A DNA stretch of 63,099 bases, filler included, from Chiloscyllium plagiosum (lineage: Eukaryota): assembly GCF_004010195.1 (NCBI RefSeq). It is 3 parts of one record of this genome, joined end to end, with 100 filler letters (N's around TTAATTAATTAA, not from the genome) between each part and the next. Parts side by side here need not be neighbours in the genome. Positions count along the whole stretch, not along the records: positions 21,716 to 51,995 come from NC_057717.1; positions 52,096 to 63,099 come from NC_057717.1; 1 more part is not named here. One strand, 5' to 3'. The notes beneath the pieces are model-generated. The model saw nothing but the letters and a program-made list of their open reading frames with translations, was not told the origin of the DNA and did not search any database. The position numbers and the translations under genes were made by a program. Shown piece after piece: positions 51,210 to 62,148 of the stretch (positions are counted from its first letter, which is position 1; every line of letters begins with the position of its first letter).

Positions 51210-51995
51210 AGCAGAAGAGGGGGCATTCACTGCATTTTACAATATTTTCAGAAAAAGTGTCCCTCTTCAGCCCTTGAAACAGTCTGTGGCCATGTGCAGC
51301 AAGACTCGGACAACATTCAGGATCGTGCTTTTAAAGTCTGGGGAACATTTATGTAACAGCACTGTACATTTCCACAGTAAAAGGAGGAGTTCATTTAGCA
51401 GCTCAATCTGGTTTCACAAGAATGTGGGGAAGCCATTCATCCCATCAAAACTACTGGACAAAAGAAGGATAGACGATCCAGTCCCTTCTCCCTGTTGCAC
51501 AGGAAGGTGGGAGTCTGCTTTCTCCCACATGTCACGTGCATTGTATCAGAAAGAACCATTTCACACCCGGAGTCACTTACAAACGAACAGGAAGAGGTTA
51601 CTCAGGTTGTCAAGCCACTAACACAAGAACAGGAAAGTGTCAGTGATGCTCCAACATCACAAACAAATGGAGCAGGGGCTGCAGAGACAGACATCTCCAA
51701 ATTGATCCACATGCCTTAATTACTCATGATACATATGTGTAACTTTAACATGGTTTTCTGGCAGTCGGAATGAGGCCAACATTTTTTTAGCCATTCTCCA
51801 AGTTATCTTCCATCTCCAAGAAGGCAGACATATGGTCTCCGTGGAGGTCAGAAACATTTGGGGAATAACTAACTGTTTCAGAATGATGGTATTTTGGCTG
51901 CTGACAGGGTTGTGTACAAAGTGACATTCAATGCAGTGTCACACAGTAACTGTGTATTAAAGTGTTTAGAGTTCATTCAGAGCCTGCACCTCTCT

Positions 51996-52095
51996 NNNNN
52001 NNNNNNNNNNNNNNNNNNNNNNNNNNNNNNNNNNNNNNNTTAATTAATTAANNNNNNNNNNNNNNNNNNNNNNNNNNNNNNNNNNNNNNNNNNNN
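51996..52095. other. 100-bp scaffold gap with central TTAATTAATTAA linker
   Basis: 44 N + ttaattaattaa (52040-52051) + 44 N. Confidence 0.95.
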
Positions 52096-53385
52096 AACGT
52101 AGCGGTGTTGCAGTAGAAAACCTGCCTGCCAGAATGCTGGTCCCTCACCTATTAAGGTGCAAACCGTCTCTCTTGTAGAATTTATGCTTACCACAAAATA
52201 TACGCCAGTGATCCAAGAACTTAAATCCTTGCTTCCTGCACCAGTTCCCCAACCTCACGTTCAAGTCCATTATCTCCCTGTTTCTGGTCACACTAGCCCG
52301 AGGAACTGGAAGCAAGCCGGAGATAACCACCTTGGACGTCCTGCCTTTCAGCCTTCTTCTTAATTCTCCGAAGTCTCGCTGTAGTATGTTCCTCCTCTTC
52401 TTCCCGACATCATTTGTGCCGACATGTACCACCACCTCTGGCTCTTCACCCTCATTCTTGAGGATTTCCTGCACTTTGTCCGCGATGTCTTTCACTCTCG
52501 CACCAGGAAGGCAACACAACATCCTTAACTCCCGTCTGCTGCCACAAAAACCCCGGTCAGTTCCTCTCACGATGGAGTCCCCTATTACCCCAGCTCTGTG
52601 CGATGTCCGACTCTTCCGCTCTGCCTCTGCGGCAACTTTTGATTGACAAACGTGGCCGCCTTGAGAACTGGCAGTGTCATCAGACTCTGTTTCCAAAAGC
52701 TTCAACTTGTTTCTGACAGGTACTTCTCCCGGGGTCTCTTGCACCTGTCTCCTCTCTGCCTTCCTCATCGTCTGCACTCTTCTGCTCTCTTCTGGCATGA
52801 TTGGTGTAATAACATCGCTGAAGGTCTTGTCCAGAAAGATCTCGTTCTCTCGGATGAGCTTAAGGTCTTCAAGTTCTTTCGTCAGCGCTGCAATATGCTC
52901 GGTCAATTGCTGAATGTGCACACATTTTCCACACATATACGAGCCAGACACACCAGAGTCGTTGACCTCCCACATCAAGCACGTAGCGCATTGAACCAGA
53001 TGGGCAGTCATGTCTTCACCCTCTTCAACTGTGGTGTAATCACTTCACTCAACCTCCTTGTCAAAGATTCCTGAGCTGAAGCCTCACTCTTCGATCGAAA
53101 CTTCCTTCGACCCTCTTTTTGTGGCACGCCTGTGGACTCTTAATTAAAGTCAGAGGAAGAGGGAGGGAGGGAGACCCTACTTTGTAGGACCTGGGGTTTA
53201 GAACACACCCACTCCGGCTTTGCGCTCCGTCTGAACTTCCGCCCAGCTCCCGCCGCTCTCTGCTGCAAAAAGACCGTCGGCGTCGAGGTAAGTTCTTTAG
53301 CTAGCAATCACTTACCTTCCCGACCGGCTTTGCGCTCCGTCTGAACTTCCGCCCAGCTCCCGCCGCTCTCTGCTGCGAAAAAAGC
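52096..53385 (-). mobile_element. 5' end of a young CR1-clade LINE (5' UTR plus ORF1)
   Basis: CpG-rich 5' UTR with a duplicated ~60-bp block at 53214 and 53324, followed by ORF1; cut by the gap. Confidence 0.9.
52145..53011 (-). CDS. CR1 ORF1p: zinc finger/leucine zipper plus SGNH esterase domain
   Basis: CATCLMWE..YMCGKC zinc finger, coiled coil, GDSIVRG, VHVGTND and DGLHLN motifs; the TGA at 52145-52147 is probably premature. Confidence 0.9.
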   Translation of the reverse strand: MTAHLVQCATCLMWEVNDSGVSGSYMCGKCVHIQQLTEHIAALTKELEDLKLIRENEIFLDKTFSDVITPIMPEESRRVQTMRKAERRQVQETPGEVPVRNKLKLLETESDDTASSQGGHVCQSKVAAEAERKSRTSHRAGVIGDSIVRGTDRGFCGSRRELRMLCCLPGARVKDIADKVQEILKNEGEEPEVVVHVGTNDVGKKRRNILQRDFGELRRRLKGRTSKVVISGLLPVPRASVTRNREIMDLNVRLGNWCRKQGFKFLDHWRIFCGKHKFYKRDGLHLNR

Positions 53386-54409
53386 CATAACACTGTATGC
53401 TACCAGTACACAATCTTGTGCACGTCAGTCCATTTCCCTTCTGCACTAACCTGTCATGGTCTCCGTTTAAAATTTAGGATTCTATCTTTACTAACGTTCG
53501 ACAATATATTCTGATTCCTTTTGTGTGTGTGTGTACAATATATCCAAATTTCCTGCATTGTTACATCAAACAGGGTGTGAGTTCACTGAATATCAACTCC
53601 TTTGTTTTTTTCTTTCATTTTTCCTTCCTGCTGTAACTTATGACAGTGGGATCTTGTTACGACACAGTGTGGAATAAACCTTGGGTACTTTTATTTTAAT
53701 TCCCCAGTTCCCTAGTTTTCCTTTGACTTATCTACCACAAGGGGTGCCTCTCCCACCTTGGATCCTGCTAAGTCATTCCCAAGAACAAACTGTATTCCTG
53801 GAACGGACACCCTGTCAGTCACCCACCCTGGAAGGAGCTGACAGTGGAAGTGTTTGAGGTGGGTACATTAACAACATTTAACAGGCATTTAGAAAAATAC
53901 TTGAATAGGAAATGATTAGAAAGGTTCCGGGCAATAGCAGGGTTTAGTGTGAATGGACATTTTGTTCGGAATGGACCACTTTGGGCCAAAAGGAATATCT
54001 CCGTGCTGCAGGACTCAATGACTCGAACAGCCATTGCTTGTCTCTCACTGAATGTTATATTGTACTTTTCCAATTCACGAGAACTAACTTGACCCTCGAG
54101 CCTCCAGGCTTCCTCGATGTTTGACTATAATGTTCAAAATTTCTATATTGCATGCAGACGGTGTGTGAAATGCAACATATTAATGTCACAATTCCTCAAA
54201 GCTGCTTCAGCGCAAGGTTACTAAACAGTTCTCCTGACCACACAACACCAAATCCGAAATAACCTGCTCTCTCGTTTCGTTCACAACATACTCTCCAACT
54301 ACCTGATATACACTTATGGAATTTATTTTTCACAACATGAGCAGTCACTCAGTTAACGCAGTTTCGATGCAACTTGACACCATCCAGTATTACTGCAGCA
54401 CCCACGATT

Positions 54410-54760
54410 ATTTGTTACTCATTCACAGGGTGAGGGCGTCGCATTAATTACCAGCATCTATTACCCATGCCAGAGGGCAGTTAAGAGTCAACAGCGTTGC
54501 CTTGGGTTTGGAGTCACATGCAGGCCAGACCAGGGAAGGATGGCAGTTTCCTTCACTAAAGGACATTAGTGAACCAGATGAGTTCTTCCAACAATCGACA
54601 ATAGATTCCTTGTCATCATAAACCCTTGATTCCAGATACTTATTGAATTCACATTCCACATTTGCCATGGCAGGATTCGAACTCGGGTACTTAGAACATT
54701 ACCTGGTTCTCTGGGCTAAGATACCAGAGATAATATCACTATGTCATTGCTATACCATGC
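54410..54760 (-). mobile_element. tRNA-derived SINE, second family
   Basis: gagggcagttaagagtcaac...ggatggcagtttccttcactaaaggacattagtgaaccagatg...ggattcgaactcgggt; same family as 20030-20360. Confidence 0.75.
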
Positions 54761-55329
54761 AGATACTTGCGTATCCAATTTCCAGAGCATATGATTCAAA
54801 GTATTTGCGCCACAATTTTGGTCTCGATATATAACACACCTATGTTTGCTTCTCCGTGCTAATTGTTAGATCCACCCAAACTGATTCTGTGGAATCTGAG
54901 GGACAGGGACTGTGACGTTATGAGTGATAGACTTGGACAGGACGTTTGGGGAGGCGACCTCGATGCTTAGATGATCTGAAGAATTGGTCAGCAATACATG
55001 ACAAATATCAATATCCTTCCCACTCTGCCATGATAAGAGTCATCGTATTCTCTCTGCTCCCTCACATTCACTATACATTTGTTGTAAAACATACCCCCGA
55101 GCAAGGGTCACATTCTATCTCCAAATAAGGCTCAACCACTCTCACTGTTGAATTCCCTCCCACACTTTTCCTGTCACTGATGCAATAGCCCCGCACAGTA
55201 ATAACACTGCATGGGTACAACACTGTGGTCAGACTCCCTCCGGGCACTTCACCCTTCCCCACCTCCAGTACTAACAGCAGAGACACCCACTCCCACCCTC
55301 ATTCCTTCCCTCCCTTTCTCCCATTCCAG

Positions 55330-55495
55330 GAGAAAAAGCCTGGAATAGGGCAGAAAGAGCCAAGCCGAGTGGTGGCGTGCCAGCTATCCGTTCCCTCAGC
55401 CCCAACCTCGACCTACGGGGAATATCCTGGAAAGAGTGGAGAGGACCAGGAGGCCTTGTGTGGAGATTCTGAAACATCCACGTCCCACCAGCCGA
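55330..55495 (+). pseudogene. Exon relic of a PIF/Harbinger-type Myb/SANT accessory gene
   Basis: Polypyrimidine acceptor ...ctcccattccag|GAG and donor A|GTAAGG; frameshifted translation EK-AWNRAERAKPSGGVPAIRSLSP-...SGEDQEALCGDSE resembles the 'RERxKTGGG..I..L+P.EE' segment after Harbinger Myb/SANT domains. Confidence 0.55.
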
Positions 55496-55559
55496 GTAAG
55501 GAGCTAAATTCAGTAAAGAGCAAAGACACAGAAACTAGTGTCATTAAGATATAAATAAA

Positions 55560-58500
55560 TAAATTTTTGATTTATAAGGAGATCAACGATTCTAGGGAAA
55601 AGGTAGGAGAATGATGTTGAGGAACATATAAGAAATGATTAAATGGCATGCCAGACTTGATGGGCCAAATGGCCTAATTCTGTTCCTTTCTTTAATGCTT
55701 GTGTGGTGTTATGCTATCAGGTATTCTCTTCCTGAGACAGCCGCAGAGGCTGGGTTTGATACATATTTGATTGGAAAGAGTCCGTGGTAATGTGGGGCAG
55801 AGTGGGTGGGCAGAATGGTTTATGTCTATTCCTCGTTATTGTATCCTTATATCCGAAAAAGAGGCAGTGATTTGATGTGAGATTAACACAGTTTTAAAAT
55901 AATGGGTCCCATAATGAAATAAGGATGTCCTTTTCCCTTTAGTGTTGTACTGTCTGTGGTGTCCTCATCCTCAGGGAGCAATGAAGACTCGGTTATTGAA
56001 AATATTCAAGGCTGAGCTCGACTGATCTTTGCTGGACAGGAGAGTCAATGTTTATTGGGGACACACAGGAGTCGGATGGGCAGACACAATCGGATCAGCT
56101 ATAAGCATTCTGAATGGTGCAGCCAAATTTTCAACTGCCGCCCCTCTCCAATGTGTTGTTCCTTCAATCCAGACCTCGATGCTGTTACAGAGATATACTG
56201 TTGCCCCTACCATAAGTGTTGTTTCCTCAATCCACCCCTCGAGTCTTTTACAGGGTAGGAGACCACCCCATTCAGCCACACAGGATCGTTACAACGAGAT
56301 GGGAGAAGACCACTCTTCCCCTCGAAGGAGTTACACAGGAAGAGAGAATGAAGTAATTCAGCTCGTTGAGCACATTGCACAGCCCAGGGGGAGGCCATTC
56401 AACCTGCCTGAACTGCTGCAGAGGAACAGGGCTGCTGTTGCTAACAGAAAATGGACAGTAGAGATAAATGCTTAGTTTTTACAAAACTGTAGCTAGTTTT
56501 AACTCAGAGATCACTGTAGGGTCATCAATGATCACTAATCTATGTCAAAAATCTGGTTGAAGGGGCTGAATGGATCAAAGCTGAATTACCTTGTACACCA
56601 AGGTGATCATTGAATATATACATACAGTATACAGTCTATTGTCATCCATTCCAGAGAGTGTTCATGTAGATCGCACATGGTCCAGTTTGGTGTTCAGTTG
56701 ATATTAGTGTATTTTTCCACACAGAGAGGGAGAAAAATAATGCCTGCCTCAGAAACAGCAGCCAATTGATCTCTCTCTCTTACTTTGTTTTGCCTGAAAA
56801 CAAGGTGTAAGAGCAGAAAATCCCTGAGTCATCTTTACCATTTGTGGAGGATTCCTGATGAGGATTCATAGGAATCTCTCCACTGCCCGAAAGAAAGGGA
56901 ATTCGGCCAAATCTAACTGTCCCGGGAAGAAATCCGCATCCCCAGACATTTGTGTGAGCAGAATAACTTCAAAGGCAGAAAAAAAACATTTGGGGTACTC
57001 GATCATTTTACCATTTGTTCAGAGTTCAACTTCCTGTGTCTCACATTTTTCTAGAAAATTACCTCGTCTGAGACCTATATCATTGGCCACAGCACTCAAC
57101 TGGTTGCATTTAAAATTTGCTTTCTCCAGTAGAGGCGTGGGAAAAGACATCAGTGATCCTCGAACATTGGTCAGAACACGATCAAGAGATTCTCAAAAGG
57201 CTGTTAAAGTTTGTGATGACTGGATATTTCCATTTATTCAAAATTGTGTATGTTAAATCTTTGACAGATAAATGAGAGTCGGAAAATGGTATACAGATAG
57301 AAAAGTCCTGCTGAGACCATAATCAGATCATAGTGCATGGTGGAGCAGTGACACAGTGTCTGATGACCCACTGTTGCTCCACAGTCCCATGTTACTATGT
57401 TGCATTCAGCCCCTCACATCTCCTGCACAGGAGCAGATGGAGGCCACTTGCTCCAAATGCCTGGTTCACAGTAACACAGGAGCTCATTCAATCCCTCCAG
57501 ACTGTCACACACGGTTTGGTGTGGGTTGGTAAATGTTATTTAGAAATCCACTCTGTGTTCGAAAGACGCCTCTGGTCTGTTTACAGAGTGTCTCCTTTCT
57601 GAAACTTGTGCGTCACTTGTTGGTCATGGTCTAGACCAAGATTCATTATGAATAAAGCTCCCTAACTTCACCCAGAGATGACTCAAAACTGCTTTGCTCT
57701 CTCTGATTGCAACATTCAATAACAGAACGTCTCGGAACATTACTACCATTGACTTTGCAATTACAGAAAATATGAACAGAAGGAACAGGATCAGGTAATT
57801 CGGACTGCCAAGCCATTGTGTACGATCATGGCTGATCTACTATTTGCATTAACTACTCTTTAAGACCGAATCCTTCACACTCGCCAGCTCTCTGACAGGT
57901 CACAAATGCATCTACCTCCTCTTTAAATACTTTCAGTGATTAAGCTCCCTTAACTCTCTAGCCCCGATAATTTCAGACATTGATTCCCCACTGCGAGAGG
58001 AAAAGACTCCCCAGACATACAGCATCACCTATTGATATGAACAAGAGGTGAAAACAGGGGCTCAGGAAAGAGTGAATAGCCTTGACTTCAAGGCAGTATT
58101 TGACTGAGGGTGTCATCGGGACCACCTACTTATTTGACCTTAATGGGAATCAGGTGTACCCTCCCCACTGGTTGGGGTTTTTCAGAGCACAAAGGAAGAT
58201 GTTTGTGGGCGGTGACTCACAATCCTTTCAGTCCCAGGACTTCTTTTCATGAGATCCTCCAGTTAACGTCCTCAGCACAAACATCTTCAGTTCTTTTGTC
58301 AACTTCTAAGCACCCGCACCCCTGGCACCCCCCCCCCCCCCAATCCATCACAAGATCAGAAGTGGGTGATCACTGAAGATCACACAAAGTTCAGAACATT
58401 TTGTTCCCTCTGAGTTCCTGAACCAGCCTCTGTGTCCGTGTCCATGTGCAGCAAGACCTGGACAGCATTCCGGTTTATGCTGTTAAAGTGTCGGTAACAT

Positions 58501-60833
58501 TCATGTAACAGTACTGCCAGACACTGCACATATCCGCATTTAAAAGAGGAGCTCATTCAGCATCTCAAGCTGGTTACACGGATGTGTGGAAGCCATTCAG
58601 CCCATCGAAACGATTGAACAAGAAGAGGGACAACTCAATCAGTCGTGCTACCTGTTCCTCAGGAAGAGGAGGGCTCGGTCAGTACGTTGGGCTGTTAAAC
58701 AGGAACAGGCAGAGCCCAATCAGACCCTTGAACCTGTTCCATGGTAGCAGGAGGAGGCCATTCAGTCGCTCAAGACATTTATACAGGAACAGTAGGGTGT
58801 CATTGATGCTCCAGCCTGAAAAACCAATGGAGCCGAGAGTGCACTCAGACGGTTCCACAATGTTCCTCGTAGCTCCATTGCCTGAGCAACACATGATACT
58901 TTAACATGTTTTGCCAACAGTGAGGAAGAAAGCGAAATATTTTGTACCAATTCTCAAAGAGGCATCTTCTGTCTCTGAAAACAGACCCATGTTCTCCATG
59001 GAGGTCAGAAGCTGATGGGAATTGTTAACTGTTTTAGCATGAAGGTATTGAGGCTCCTGTCGGGATTGTGGATTACATGACGTTCATAATGTGGGGAGAG
59101 GTTACTCAAAGACTGACCCTTTCTCTCTCTCAATCGAAATGGGGGGTGGCGTGGGGTGAGAGGGACGTTCCCAGAGGCTTTTAAATTATCGAGAATCATG
59201 TAAACCAAGTAATAAACAAACCATGGAATTTATCACAGTACCATTGTCTGTTTGGAATACAATGAGTGACTTTCCATCCCCTTAAGGTTCAATGTAATCA
59301 CTTCTTCTTCCCTCAAAGCGTTACAAATTAATCCTCATGCACTCCCGATGCTACAATCATCCCAACAATTAGTCTGGTGAAACTCCTTTACACTCTTTCT
59401 GCCCAGAGAATTATTCCTTACAAAAGAGAGAAAATCTGCCCAAAATACCCCAAATACTATCTCACCGACACTCTCAGGGTTAATCGCAGTAATTCTGTTC
59501 CCTTACTAAGCTGTCTCAGCTTCTTTCCTGTGCCATAAAAAGCCATTACTTCTCTCTACACTACGAATGATGTGGAATTTAGGCGTTCCTTACATCTGTA
59601 CGTTAGCATCAATAAGGTCATCACCAGAGGTGCCGATGGAGATGAATATCACTCTCGAAGAGAGACTCAATGAGAAAGAATTCACGCGAAACTGGGAATG
59701 GTCACCTACCTGAATGGAAATGACTTGCAGGAACATGGATATCAGGCAGAGGAAGGGAGCGATATTTTCTTTTGTTCTGGTCTCACGGGATGTGTGCAGC
59801 CCTGGTCAGACCAGTATGTTATGCTGATCCTGAACTGAGTAGCTGGTTGAGCTTTTCCACAGGACAGTAGAAAGTAAAACACATTGCTGTGAGTTTGCAG
59901 TCACACCGAGACCTGAACAGGGAAGGATGACCTATTAATTTTTCTGCAGGACATGAGGAAAACAGATAGGCTTCTGTTTAAAACAAGTGGTGATGATTTC
60001 ATTTGCATTTCATCATCTTCCTTCATGAGACACCAAAAGATTATTAATCTGTGCCTCTTGATGATGAGTCAATGATTTGTCCATCTGACAGATTCTGTGG
60101 AGAGGACAAATTATCCATCTCAAGTGCAAATATTTTGTGACGGAAGCATAGTTAGAAGAGACTTGAAACTTTTATATCTGGATTTATCAAAGTTACAAAC
60201 GATGGATTATTGAGCAGTTGCACTGAGGCTGAGAAGGTGACTAAAATATCATGATAGTGGTCTTGGGCAGGGTTGGCGAGAAGGGAGAATATGTAGAAAT
60301 GTAAATCTGAATGGAGAAAGAAGATCATGGAGTTTAAGAACAGTCTGGTTTCTCCTCGCGTATTGTTGAGTAGATTGTGAGTAGTAATTTGTTATTTATA
60401 ATTTCTAAAGAATAAATTTTTTGACTGGATCTGAAAATGATGACTTCGAAATTCTAAAATTTGAATATGAACAGCAATTCAGTTCAACTCAACTTAATGG
60501 TTAGATGGAATGATTTACCAGGAACACTGAGTATAGCGAGGATGGGATAGTAATCAGCTTGAATAATCCAAAGGATATCTTCGATCCGTGATGCTAATGA
60601 TATCCAAGGCTGGGAAAGGTAATAAAGGACCCAAGGATAAACTCCTGACTGTTGTATTATTCCAGTCTAATGGTCTCAGATTCTGATCCATTAATGGAAC
60701 ATCCCAGTCTAATGTTCTCAGATTGTGATCTCGCCTCCCCGTCTCTCGAGCTGCTGATCCCTGTTAGTCCAGTCGGTGATGCTCCCGCCCATACTGTGAT
60801 AACACATTGAACCGAGTCCTTAATGAATAGAAG
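55560..60833. repeat. Most compact segmental-duplication module copy
   Basis: Collinear matches to 36560-37430, 40260-40590, 29030-32183, 48100-48730, 50480-51995 and 5150-6300. Confidence 0.9.
60519..60691 (-). pseudogene. GPR139/GPR142-like GPCR first coding exon, frameshifted copy
   Basis: MDQNLRPLDWNNTTVRSLSL, then one extra nucleotide relative to the 31875 copy, then VLYYLSQPWISLASRIEDILWIIQADYYPILAILSVP; donor CCTG|GTAAAT. Confidence 0.78.
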
Positions 60834-62148
60834 CCATCACAACTACTCTGTTAATTTCGCTCCAATCCAGTATCATCTTTGTAATCCTTTCCTCTACATC
60901 TCTGGAACTTTTCAGAGGGCTATAGATAACTGTCAACAGGGTGACCACTCCGTTTTTGTTTCTAACCTCTTCCCATACTACCACAGTAGACGAGCCCTTG
61001 TCAAACATCCTTTGATGTTTGTCAATGTAATACTGTTTTTGATTAACAATGCTACGCTCCCCCCTTTTAGTACCTTCCCTGTGCTAAATTAAGCATCTGA
61101 ACCCCGGAACCAACAACAATCATTCCTGCCCCTGCTCTATCCATTTCTCCAAAATGGCGACAGCATCAAGCTGTACAACTGCACAATTTGTAAACAGGGA
61201 GTGATTGGAGGGATGTTAAACGAGGGTGAGTTAGATAGATCAGAAGACAGCATGAGGGGAGATCGACAGGAATAGTTAGAAAATGGAAATTTTATTCAGA
61301 AATTCTCACAGACTGCAATGCCTTTATCTGGCGCCATACCCAGTGAGCACTCTGCAGATACTGGCTGTGGTCCCAAATCATTTACCATCAATAATATCAC
61401 AGAGCTGAGTTGCTGACTGTTAAACAGAGTCTAAAAGGTCAAGTATTTTTTTTTACAGTGAGAACGTGTTTTAATTTAAATAGACTAGGTGAACAGCAGC
61501 AGGAACTGAGAAACACGTTCTCACTGTAAAAAAAAATACTTGACCTTTTAGACTCTGTTTAACAGTCAGCAACTCAGCTCTGTGATATTATTGATGGTAA
61601 ATGATTTGGGACCACAGCCAGTATCTGCAGAGTGCTCACTGGGTATGGCGCCAGATAAAGGCATTGCAGTCTGTGAGAATTTCTGAATAAAATTTCCATT
61701 TTCTAACTATTCCTGTCGATCTCCCCTCATGCTGTCTTCTGATCTATCTAACTCACCCTCGTTTAACATCCCTCCAATCACTCCCTGTTTACAAATTGTG
61801 CAGTTGTACAGCTTGATGCTGTCGCCATTTTGGAGAAATGGATAGAGCAGGGGCAGGAATGATTGTTGTTGGTTCCGGGGTTCAGATGCTTAATTTAGCA
61901 CAGGGAAGGTACTAAAAGGGGGGAGCGTAGCATTGTTAATCAAAAACAGTATTACATTGACAAACATCAAAGGATGTTTGACAAGGGCTCGTCTACTGTG
62001 GTAGTATGGGAAGAGGTTAGAAACAAAAACGGAGTGGTCACCCTGTTGACAGTTATCTATAGCCCTCTGAAAAGTTCCAGTGATGTAGAGGAAAGGATTA
62101 CAAAGATGATACTGGATTGGAGCGAAATTAACAGAGTAGTTGTGATGG
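60834..62148. repeat. Near-perfect long inverted repeat: 638-bp arms (60834-61471 and 61511-62148), 39-bp spacer
   Basis: Arms are reverse complements; the ORF track gives the same peptides on both strands with a single difference seen (ISGTFQ versus ITGTFQ). Confidence 0.95.
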
